A stretch of 64,000 bases of DNA from Candidatus Gottesmanbacteria bacterium (GTDB lineage: Bacteria > Patescibacteriota > Microgenomatia > UBA10105 > UBA927), in the NCBI GenBank assembly GCA_030679255.1, contig JAUXTO010000019.1, positions 1,699 to 65,698 on the forward strand, given 5' to 3'. Position numbers and translations under genes: made by a program. Shown here piece after piece: positions 56,005 to 64,000 of the stretch (positions are counted from its first letter, which is position 1; each line of letters starts with the position of its first letter). The notes under the pieces were generated by a model. That model saw nothing but the letters and a program-made list of their open reading frames with translations, was not told where the DNA came from and ran no database searches.

Positions 56005-57921
56005 ATGAAGTTTCCGAAGTGGTTTTGGGTGGGAATACTGATTGCGCTTTTTGTGCGTCTCGCGCTCATCCCCAATCCTGGCTTTGAGGCGGATGTGTCG
56101 TTTTGGAAGGCGTGGGGACTGGCGGTCGTTGACAAAGGTGTCATTGAGGGCCTGAAGGTGAGCAACAGTAACTACCCTACCCCATTTATGTATACGCTCG
56201 GCGTCATGGTATGGGTGTATAAACTTTTTGCCGATCCCCATAACTTTAATGAATTTTGGAATAACAGCAATCTTCTCTTCTTGACCATCTCGAAAATGCT
56301 GCCGATCATGGCAGATTTTGGAATTGCCGGAATCATTCTTTGGATAAGCACCAAATACCAAGCATCAAGCATCAAACAAGCACCAAATTCCAAGCATCAA
56401 ACGTTTGGAACATTGGGATTTAGAATTTTGAATTTGTTTGGAATTTGGAATTTGGAATTTGGAGCTTCTCGTGTCGGTTTTTTATTTGCCCTTGTCTACC
56501 TCCTCTCCCCCATCTCCCTCATCGACGGGGCGTGGTGGGGGCAAGTCGATAGCGTCGGGGTATTTATATTTCTTGCGGCTGTGGTCGCCGTCCTCAAAAG
56601 GTGGCCTGTGCTTGCCGGAGTGATCTACATGGTGGGCGTCATGACCAAGCTCCAAAATATGATCTACGGCCCGGTGTTTTTTCTGTTCGTTTGGCAGTCG
56701 CTTGGATACCAGGGATTGGTCCGCGCTATAGCCGGCAGCACACTCGGTTTTTTCGGCCTGAATATCGAATTTTTCCTCTCGCGAAACATGGCCAGGGTGA
56801 TGGCAAGCCTCACCGAAAACTATGACTACTTCCCTCTCATGAGCCTGAACGCCTACAACCTTTGGTGGATATTCTCCGGAGCCAAAGGCATGGCGATGAG
56901 TGATAAATTTTTGAGCGTGGGGATCATGAATGCGAAGACGGTAGGTCTGGTATTGTTTTCGGGGGTGTATTTGTTTGCGGTACTCCGGCAGACTTTTACA
57001 AGGCACTTCCTTGCAGCTTCGCAAGACATGCTCTTGCGAGGATTCCTCGAATCCCTGATCCTCGTCAATGGGGCATTTTTTCTTTTCCAAACACAGTCGC
57101 ATGACCGGTATGCGTTTCCGCTGTCCGTGTTTCTTCTGCTGTGGGCACCGTTTTTCATTTCGCAAGACATGCTCTTGCGAGGCTACAAGAGCATGTCTTA
57201 TGGAATCAATATCCGTCTTTTTGCAATGTTCTATACACTTTTCACCATCTTTTATTTCTACAATCTCCATACAGCGCTCATCGTCAATTATCCTAATAAC
57301 GGAATCCCGGGGCTCACGCTTCTTACTCAGCCTTTTTTCACGATCATGACCTCCGTCGTGTTGTTGGGATTATTCGGCGTCATTCTTTGGCATTTTGCGC
57401 GACAATCCAGGCTCGCATTCTTTGTCTCCTGTCTCGTGTCTCTTGCCGCCTTGACTGCCCTCAACCTCCCCCTCATCACGAAAAAACCAGTATCGCTTAC
57501 TAAACTCACTCCCTACGTCGCCGAAGTAGGCTACGGAAAGCGGCAAACCGATATGCCCGTCAATGCATTTTTAGGCTACTCCAAACAATCATATCTCTCG
57601 GTGCAGTATGCGTTTTATCGGAGCGGTCTGGGCCTCCACTCACCGAGCTTTCTCAATTATGATATCGGCGGGCACTTCAAAACATTGATCACCGATTACG
57701 GGATTGACACAGAAGCAGGAGGAAAAGGATCGGCGGTCTTTGAAGTGTACGGCGATGATAGACTGTTATGGCGGTCGGAGAAAATCGGACGGTATGAAAA
57801 TCCGCGGCATGCGGAAGTGAACGTGACGGGAGTGCGGAAACTGGGACTCATCACGACGGATGCCGGGGACGGCCGTGACGATGATCATGTGGATTGGCTC
57901 CGGCCGATGCTGTGGCCATAA
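56005..57921 (+). CDS. GT-C-like polytopic membrane protein with two in-frame Pal-B palindromes and an in-frame simple-repeat insert
   Basis: ASQDMLLRG and ISQDMLLRG peptides encoded by CTCGCAAGACATGCTCTTGCGAGG; insert STKYQASSIKQAPNSKHQ..FGIWNLEFG. Confidence 0.45.
   Translation: MKFPKWFWVGILIALFVRLALIPNPGFEADVSFWKAWGLAVVDKGVIEGLKVSNSNYPTPFMYTLGVMVWVYKLFADPHNFNEFWNNSNLLFLTISKMLPIMADFGIAGIILWISTKYQASSIKQAPNSKHQTFGTLGFRILNLFGIWNLEFGASRVGFLFALVYLLSPISLIDGAWWGQVDSVGVFIFLAAVVAVLKRWPVLAGVIYMVGVMTKLQNMIYGPVFFLFVWQSLGYQGLVRAIAGSTLGFFGLNIEFFLSRNMARVMASLTENYDYFPLMSLNAYNLWWIFSGAKGMAMSDKFLSVGIMNAKTVGLVLFSGVYLFAVLRQTFTRHFLAASQDMLLRGFLESLILVNGAFFLFQTQSHDRYAFPLSVFLLLWAPFFISQDMLLRGYKSMSYGINIRLFAMFYTLFTIFYFYNLHTALIVNYPNNGIPGLTLLTQPFFTIMTSVVLLGLFGVILWHFARQSRLAFFVSCLVSLAALTALNLPLITKKPVSLTKLTPYVAEVGYGKRQTDMPVNAFLGYSKQSYLSVQYAFYRSGLGLHSPSFLNYDIGGHFKTLITDYGIDTEAGGKGSAVFEVYGDDRLLWRSEKIGRYENPRHAEVNVTGVRKLGLITTDAGDGRDDDHVDWLRPMLWP
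57015..57041. repeat. Pal-B palindrome (REP-A-related, different centre). Second copy at 57159..57182; third copy at 15269..15293.
   Basis: agcttcgcaagacatgctcttgcgagg. Confidence 0.8.
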
Positions 57922-58042
57922 AAGTCCGTAAAGTCAAAAAGTCCTTAAAGTCCGTAAAGTCAAAAAGTCCGTAAAGTCCGTAAAGTCCGTAAAGTATTTG
58001 ACTTTATAGACATTCGACTTTATAGACTTTCGACTCTAAGTT

Positions 58043-60592
58043 ATGAAACATCTTGAAAAACTAATTGGTATCGGCATGCTTCTCTTCGCCATCGGGTTTA
58101 ACCTCTGGCTCTATCGGATGGAACCCCGGGCTTCCATCGATCCCAATGACAATGCATTCCAGTATGCTCTGGTTGACCGGACAAACCAAATATGGGATTT
58201 TGCATCTAAAAAGTGTTCATCCAAATTTGGTACTTGGAATTTGGCGCTTGGTGCTTTCTGCCAAGTATCATACTTGGCAGATCATTGGGTTCCCAACTGG
58301 GCAGAGGGATATAATCTCCCCTTCTACTATTCCCACGTGCCGCAAATACTCATCGTGGGTACGTATCGTTTCTTCCATTCGTTTATTCAATTATTTAATT
58401 ATTCCTTTATTTCATTATTCACTTATTATCACTGGGTGATCTACCTCCTACTCTCTCTCTTCCCTCTTACCGTCTTCCTCGCGTTACGGATTATTAAACT
58501 ACCTTGGGTGATAGTAGGCGTCGGCGCACTCCTGGCAAGCCATATCTCGACGGACGGACTCTATGGACTCGATCCCCCATCATTCTTATGGAGGGGATTT
58601 GGATTATCGAGCCAGCTTTTTGGCATGATATTTCTGCCGATGGCGATTGCATATAGCTACCGCTATTTCGCTCAAAGCACCAAATTTTGGCCTGCGGTCT
58701 TTTTCCTCACGGCCACTGCCATGGGGCACTTGGGTCTGGGCATCATGGCGATGCTCTCCCTTGTCCCACTTACTTTGGCCCGCCCGCTTCTGATGATCCT
58801 TGAGTCCCATCGGCCATCAGATATCTACCAAGTAACCAAAACCCAACTCACGAAGCTCATCCTTCTCTCGGCCACCGTCATATTCTTTCTCAGTTACTGG
58901 GTCGTCCCCATATTCCTTGCAGACAACTACCACAACATCTCCTTCTGGGATCCGCCGTGGAAATTTGCGTCCTACGGCGCCAAAGAGATCATGACGCGAC
59001 TCTTCAACGGTGATCTCTTTGACTGGGGAAGAGGTCCTTGGATGACAGTACTTGTGATTGTGGGACTGATTGGAGCGGCATGTCCGAGAGCTCAAGTATA
59101 TAGGGAGAAGTATTTAGGAACTAGGGAAAACCTGCAAACAGATGCCAATATACTAAATACTTATCCCTATCTACCTTTCTCCCTTCTCTTCCTCTTCTGG
59201 CTCCTCATGTATTTTGGACGCGCGACATGGGGGCCGCTTATCGATCTCATCCCGGGCATGAAGGAGTTTCATCTGTCCCGCTTTATCGTAGGGCTCCATG
59301 TGGCGGGACTGTTTTTGATGCCTATAGGTATATGGTGGCTATGGGATATGATGTCTCGGATAATCATGCGTCTGAGCCGTTTACCGGTTCGCTTCATGGG
59401 ACTTATGGGTCTTATGGGACTTATGGGACTTATGGGACCTCCGATCTATAAGCAAACCATCGAGTACGCACGACACAATGACCGGCTGATAAAGCAGTCA
59501 ATAGAAAACCATGCAAAGGTAAAAGATGATGAGGCAGCGCTTTTTGCCGCGATTCGAAATTTACCATCAGGAAGAGTCTATGCAGGGCGGGGTGGCGGAT
59601 TTGGCAAAGACTTCCGCGTCTCGGAAACCCCGTACTATATGGATCTGTCGACCTATGGCATCCCAAGCGTCCTGTGGCTCCCGGAAACGTGGTCGCCCAA
59701 CTCGGATGTGGAGCAGTATTTTAATGAAGATAGGGCGCGTGATTACGACCTGTTTGGCATCCGCTATGTGGCCGCTCCGCCTAAACAGGAGCCAAAGAAA
59801 TTTTGGAGGCTTATTGCGGAAAAACCAACATGGAAATTATATGAGGTTGAGCTATCTGTCACTGCGGGCTTGAAAAAAGATGGATCCCGGCTCCCCGTAT
59901 CGGGGTACGGGGCAGGCTTGGGCCGGGATGACAATAAATCCGTTGGATATTTTATGACCGGCGTGCGGCCGGCAATTGTGGCTACCGATAAACGCTCGTA
60001 CGGCAATGTGGTGCGGTTTTGGATCCAATCGGGTGCCCATGAGCAGGGCTTGTATCCTGAACTGACGTTTGCCAAGGGCTATCCGAAGGCGACCGGTCTG
60101 CCCAACTTTAAAATGCTTGACGAAGTGACGTATGTCATACCAAACGGGTCCAAACATAATCTATTCAAAGAGCCGCCGGTCTATATGCCTCCAGGTATAC
60201 AATCTCTCGAACAATTCAACAAATTAACCCTACAACAATACAACACCGCAACCATTGAGAAAGAAGATTCGGAAGGAGACATGATCTTCCGAGCCACCGT
60301 AACCGTGGGCAATAATTGTACCGAGTGTATCGTGGTTCTCAAGCAATCGTTCCATCCAAACTGGCGCGCGACGATTGACGGCAAACCTGCCTCAACCTTC
60401 ACCGTCTTCCCTTTCTATCTCGCCGTCTCCGCGCCATCTGGAACCCATGAGGTCGTTTTTTCGTACGAACCGAGCCGTCTAAAAATCGGACTGCTGACTC
60501 TTGAGGTGATTGCCCTCCTGTACCTCGTAGGGAGATTTATGGTTATTCGTTTCGCCAACCGCCCTCTTGGGCTATCTGACGAAGAGTTGTAA
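58043..60592 (+). CDS. Large YfhO-like polytopic membrane protein with an in-frame (GGGACTTAT)n tract
   Basis: C-terminal FHPNWRATIDGKPA...SGTHEVVFSYEP resembles the YfhO C-terminal signature. MGLMGLMGLMGLMG comes from the nonamer repeat at 59395-59438. Confidence 0.5.
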   Translation: MKHLEKLIGIGMLLFAIGFNLWLYRMEPRASIDPNDNAFQYALVDRTNQIWDFASKKCSSKFGTWNLALGAFCQVSYLADHWVPNWAEGYNLPFYYSHVPQILIVGTYRFFHSFIQLFNYSFISLFTYYHWVIYLLLSLFPLTVFLALRIIKLPWVIVGVGALLASHISTDGLYGLDPPSFLWRGFGLSSQLFGMIFLPMAIAYSYRYFAQSTKFWPAVFFLTATAMGHLGLGIMAMLSLVPLTLARPLLMILESHRPSDIYQVTKTQLTKLILLSATVIFFLSYWVVPIFLADNYHNISFWDPPWKFASYGAKEIMTRLFNGDLFDWGRGPWMTVLVIVGLIGAACPRAQVYREKYLGTRENLQTDANILNTYPYLPFSLLFLFWLLMYFGRATWGPLIDLIPGMKEFHLSRFIVGLHVAGLFLMPIGIWWLWDMMSRIIMRLSRLPVRFMGLMGLMGLMGLMGPPIYKQTIEYARHNDRLIKQSIENHAKVKDDEAALFAAIRNLPSGRVYAGRGGGFGKDFRVSETPYYMDLSTYGIPSVLWLPETWSPNSDVEQYFNEDRARDYDLFGIRYVAAPPKQEPKKFWRLIAEKPTWKLYEVELSVTAGLKKDGSRLPVSGYGAGLGRDDNKSVGYFMTGVRPAIVATDKRSYGNVVRFWIQSGAHEQGLYPELTFAKGYPKATGLPNFKMLDEVTYVIPNGSKHNLFKEPPVYMPPGIQSLEQFNKLTLQQYNTATIEKEDSEGDMIFRATVTVGNNCTECIVVLKQSFHPNWRATIDGKPASTFTVFPFYLAVSAPSGTHEVVFSYEPSRLKIGLLTLEVIALLYLVGRFMVIRFANRPLGLSDEEL

Positions 60593-60905
60593 CCGTCTCT
60601 TCTACCGAACGATATTGTTGGCCGGGCTTAACCGATAATTGCCTTATTACGACAGTGCCATCTTCAGCGAACTGCGCCACTGCGTCTGGTCCGAATGTAG
60701 CACAACTATACATAAACTGACTCACGTCTGGTTCGATTGATAGTCCATCCAATCCTACATGTATGTGTCTCCCTAAGATCCCAACACGCACATTTCGTGG
60801 TAATTGCTTTGGATCGGTAACGCCGTGCTCGAGCATCGCGATGGATAAATCAGTATCCCACGGTTCTCGTAATCCAAGCGCTTCGGCTGCCCCCCCCCAC
60901 AACAC
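60543..60905 (-). CDS. Hypothetical ORF, possibly a gene remnant, starting across a G8 homopolymer
   Basis: C8 on the + strand at 60891-60898 encodes WGG at codons 3-5. Confidence 0.2.
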   Translation of the reverse strand: MLWGGAAEALGLREPWDTDLSIAMLEHGVTDPKQLPRNVRVGILGRHIHVGLDGLSIEPDVSQFMYSCATFGPDAVAQFAEDGTVVIRQLSVKPGQQYRSVEETVTTLRQIAQEGGWRNE

Positions 60906-61163
60906 CTGCTAAATTTCGTTTAAAATCTTCGTATACCATAAGACTCCTTCATCACGTTTAAACCAATAATAGACCGAATTCTAGCCGCTCATACCAAAAA
61001 ACGCAACCACCGGTAACTTCCCCTATCACTTCAATACTTGCCAATTCAATGCCAAATGAAAGTTGATAATTGACCAAGCACGTACATGAGCAATATACTA
61101 AATTCATCGAAGATCGATAATTGACAGAATGTTAGGGGTATAGTTAGTGGTAAACAGAGAGGT

Positions 61164-61961
61164 ATGAAAAACGCGACTGCACGACGACGCATCGGATCAA
61201 TGATCCTCTCAGCTACCGATGGACTTATTGGCACAGCGACGAACTTCGTCTTGCTTCAGCTATACGTGATGGCCTCTATCGGCGGCGTAAAAACCATGGG
61301 TGATGCTAACCGTATGGCAGAGGATGTCCATGACATGCTCGATACTTTCAACTACAAAACGATCAAGCAGACGATTTATCAATTGACCAAACAAGGACTT
61401 ATTGAACGGCCGAAAAAGTATGACCGGACGACGATCGCGATTACAAAACTAGGGAAACAACGGATCAAAGAGCTCATCCCTACTTACAAAACGGATCGGC
61501 CGTGGGACTCGCACGTCTACCTCGTATCCTACGATATCCCAACGCATCACAATAGAAGCCGCGACATCCTCCGCGAATATATCCACCGGACCGGAGGCGC
61601 GCTTCTTCAAGAAAGTCTCTGGATCAATCCCTATAACCCATCACTTCTCCTCCGAACTTTCATGGATGACCATGAGATACCCGGTACCGTACTCATATCG
61701 AAGTTAGGCAGTGACGGAACCATAGGCGACGAAACCCTTCCGGACCTTATCATCCGCGTCTATCATCTGGACAAACTTACCGAGCGATACGAGGAATTTT
61801 TGGAAACATACCGAAAGCAACCGTCCATCTCAAAAACGAAATGTTCCATCGACTATCTGGCTATCCTCAAAGACGATCCTCAACTCCCGTTTCCGCTGCT
61901 TCCAAAGGATTTCCCCGCTGAAAAGGCGTGGGAACGCTACCGGAAACTCATGAAATCCTGA
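61164..61961 (+). CDS. PaaX-family-like transcriptional regulator
   Basis: N-terminal wHTH, then W.SHVYLVSYDIP..R.RD.LR..I...G...LQESLWINPY, the PaaX C-domain pattern. Confidence 0.55.
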   Translation: MKNATARRRIGSMILSATDGLIGTATNFVLLQLYVMASIGGVKTMGDANRMAEDVHDMLDTFNYKTIKQTIYQLTKQGLIERPKKYDRTTIAITKLGKQRIKELIPTYKTDRPWDSHVYLVSYDIPTHHNRSRDILREYIHRTGGALLQESLWINPYNPSLLLRTFMDDHEIPGTVLISKLGSDGTIGDETLPDLIIRVYHLDKLTERYEEFLETYRKQPSISKTKCSIDYLAILKDDPQLPFPLLPKDFPAEKAWERYRKLMKS

Positions 61962-62215
61962 CTTAACACGATTCATACTCTATCGAAAGTTGATAATTGA
62001 CCAAGCACGTGCGTACTAAATTATCAACTTTCATCAGGGAAGGAGTGAGAAAGCATTGAGAAACGCGAGTAGGTAAATCCAGAAACCTCTCGGAATTGAA
62101 TAGACATGGAGTACGAAACCACTAAGGCGTGCCAACTTGCGTTGATAGTGAAAGTTCTGGACGCTGTTACCGGATATCCCAATACCCTAAAATTGCGCGA
62201 AAAAAAGAAGTGGCG

Positions 62216-62965
62216 TCACCGTAATTCAAAAATGACCGTTACGGATTTGGAGATCGTGCCGGTGCCGGGTTCGAGGCCACCTCCGCCTCCCCCACCTCCA
62301 CCGCCGCCTTCCATACGAAGGAGCGTGATGGGGCCGGTGGCCGATACGCCTTCGGTCACTGAAAGAATAGCGCCTAGCTTGCGGCCTGCGGCTCTCGCGA
62401 CATTGGCGGCCTTGGTTTTGGCGTTCTCAACGGCATCCGTAAATAATGCGTCGGAGGCGGTGCTATCTTCATCCAGGGCAAAATTCGGGCCGTAGACGTT
62501 GTTGGCTCCGGATTTAGCGAGGAGGTCAGCAAGAGCTTGAGCGCGGTCAACATCATGCAGTTTAATCTCTACGGAGTTACTCACACTCCACTGGCCCGGG
62601 CGCTGCTTTTGACGGTTATCCTCGTAATAGGATTCCTGATTTTGGTAGATGTTAAGGTTTTGGGTCTTCACATCAGCGGATTTGATACCGAAAGATTTGA
62701 CGGACTCGATAATCGCGTTCACTTTGCTGTTAACTTCCGTTACTGCCTTTTCTTTATCATCATTGATTGCGTTCACGCCTGCGCTAAACGAGGCAATTTC
62801 GCTTTTGAGCTTGCTTTTGGCCTCCCCCACGACCGTCACCGTTCTCGCGGGCTTGAGGCTCAATGCTCCCCAGTCAATCCCCGACCACGGGAGGAAGAAG
62901 GAAAGACCGAGTAACAGGAGTCCGGAAAGAAGAAAACCAAGAAAAGCAAAAAGAAAAGGTTTCAC
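62216..62965 (-). CDS. SIMPL-domain (DUF541) periplasmic protein with a Gly12 tract
   Basis: N-terminal TM/signal sequence. The C-terminal ...TLLRMEGGGGGGGGGGGGLEPGTGTISKSVTVIFEL is typical of SIMPL. Confidence 0.55.
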   Translation of the reverse strand: MKPFLFAFLGFLLSGLLLLGLSFFLPWSGIDWGALSLKPARTVTVVGEAKSKLKSEIASFSAGVNAINDDKEKAVTEVNSKVNAIIESVKSFGIKSADVKTQNLNIYQNQESYYEDNRQKQRPGQWSVSNSVEIKLHDVDRAQALADLLAKSGANNVYGPNFALDEDSTASDALFTDAVENAKTKAANVARAAGRKLGAILSVTEGVSATGPITLLRMEGGGGGGGGGGGLEPGTGTISKSVTVIFELR

Positions 62966-63169
62966 CAGGTAGTAGAACTTCGATACTGTTCTTTTTCAAG
63001 AACAGCACCTCTGTTTTTATCGATAACGATTATAAACGCAGTCCAGGTGTGATTAGTCCTGCCTTCAATCGAAGTTTCACTACCTGGTCATGCTTTCTTT
63101 CAGAATATCACTGCGGACGAGTACAATGCAAGGACAAAGGGGAGGACTTCCAGAGAATGGGAAAAAAGT

Positions 63170-63198
63170 AGCTTCGCAAGGCATTGCCTTGTGAAGCT
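63170..63198. repeat. REP-A variant (agcttcgcaaggcattgccttgtgaagct), intergenic, preceded by GTAG
   Basis: Imperfect palindrome. Confidence 0.8.
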
Positions 63199-63208
63199 AG
63201 ATTCCTCC

Positions 63209-63796
63209 CTAGGTTCCCTGCGTAATACGGCGGATGATACCTACTACTTTCTCTCCCCCAAACCCCGCGCCTTTGCCCAGAAGCTCGAGGAGAAACCGTG
63301 CGGGACGCAATACGGTGGCGCCCAGAGCCGTCGCTCCAAAAAAAGAACCACCTTTGATATTATGCCGTGCCGGAAGTCTAACAACTGATGAATCGTTCGT
63401 CATAAGCACCTTTGACGCCAGCAAATTACCTTCTGTATTCATCGGTTTATTTCCAACAGCTTTGAAAAAAGATACGCTTAGATACGTGGCGGTTGCGGTA
63501 AGGAGGACGTCGATCGCGCTTGCGGACATGCCGGCAGCCTGGGCGAATCCGTGGAACCGGCGGGCAAGCTCGGCGCTTTGTTTCTCATCTAGATTTGGAC
63601 TGGCTTCTTTGGTAATACGCGCAATTGCCTCATCCCAGGAAGCCACCACGCTATCGGAACGGTACTGATCAACCACGCGCTTGCCGGCCGCTTTGACCGC
63701 GGTTGTCAGCCGGTCAACCACCGAAGGCGTCTTGTCAATTTCCGGTATTGGTGTTTCCATCATGATTACTGTATCAAGATGCGTCACCGGGCGCAA
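63209..63796 (-). CDS. Hypothetical protein
   Basis: ORF only. Confidence 0.3.
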   Translation of the reverse strand: MRPVTHLDTVIMMETPIPEIDKTPSVVDRLTTAVKAAGKRVVDQYRSDSVVASWDEAIARITKEASPNLDEKQSAELARRFHGFAQAAGMSASAIDVLLTATATYLSVSFFKAVGNKPMNTEGNLLASKVLMTNDSSVVRLPARHNIKGGSFFGATALGATVLRPARFLLELLGKGAGFGGEKVVGIIRRITQGT

Positions 63797-63915
63797 TACT
63801 CTTTCCCATCAAATACCTGATCACGGAAATAGGCATAACGTGTAGGAGAAAGGGCTTTGAGAAAACATCCGTTGATAATCAACCCACGACCTTACGGTCG
63901 GGGTTTTATGATTAT

Positions 63916-63951
63916 GCAACTCCGAAACGGAGTTGCCCTGCATCTTTTTTT
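63916..63951 (+). terminator. Rho-independent terminator
   Basis: gcaactccg-aaa-cggagttgc then cctgcatcttttttt. Confidence 0.5.
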
Positions 63952-64000
63952 CCTTGTTCTTCGATATATCTCATGATGACCTGATCATTGATGCCTACGG

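Noticed and set aside
63234-63668. 144-aa plus-strand ORF
   Set aside because: Entirely antisense to the 63209..63796 ORF, with no start context. The terminator at 63916 is more likely related to a downstream or antisense transcript.
1-64000. CRISPR arrays, rRNA or tRNA genes
   Set aside because: No regularly spaced direct repeats with unique spacers were seen. No tRNA-like T-loop/acceptor patterns or rRNA-like conserved blocks were found by eye. I cannot exclude a small ncRNA.

Overview
This 64-kb window looks like it comes from an uncultured, probably small-genome bacterium with CPR/Patescibacteria-like gene content; that call is an inference from gene content only. About 70% of the window encodes cell-envelope glycosylation machinery:
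- at least 14 large polytopic GT-C-type membrane proteins: three YfhO paralogs plus one larger YfhO-like protein, six ArnT/PMT-like proteins, and a four-member uncharacterised paralog family;
- four GT2 enzymes, three of them polyprenyl-phosphate-sugar synthase-like (GtrB/ArnC/DPM1 type);
- a nucleotide-sugar modification set: DegT-type aminotransferase, WecD-like N-acetyltransferase, three SDR epimerase/dehydratases, a PfkB sugar kinase, a nucleotidyltransferase-HAD phosphatase fusion, and a TPP-dependent E1 alpha/beta pair;
- an O-antigen-ligase-like protein with TPR repeats.

Other content:
- three tandem type IV pilin-like genes;
- a large Gly/Thr-rich fibre-like secreted protein whose conserved C-terminal module sits in a different reading frame, across a heptanucleotide repeat;
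- several type II toxin-antitoxin modules: a Gp49/RelE toxin with an XRE antitoxin, a VapB/VapC pair, and DUF4258/DUF2283 remnants, two of them disrupted;
- a PaaX-like regulator and a SIMPL-domain protein.

The most unusual property is the repeat content. An IS200-like REP-associated tyrosine transposase (RAYT) is flanked by copies of a perfect 29-nt palindrome, and carries one copy inside its own gene. The same palindrome, a related palindrome, a bipartite ~65-110-nt MITE-like hairpin element and two further short elements are scattered through the window. They are repeatedly inserted in-frame inside protein-coding genes, where they are translated as short peptides or donate the C-terminus and stop codon. 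In addition, many genes contain in-frame heptamer/nonamer simple-sequence tracts, concentrated at the same loop positions of paralogous membrane glycosyltransferases. A recurring CACCC-TTCG-GGTG hairpin follows several genes. I found no rRNA, tRNA or CRISPR array by eye.
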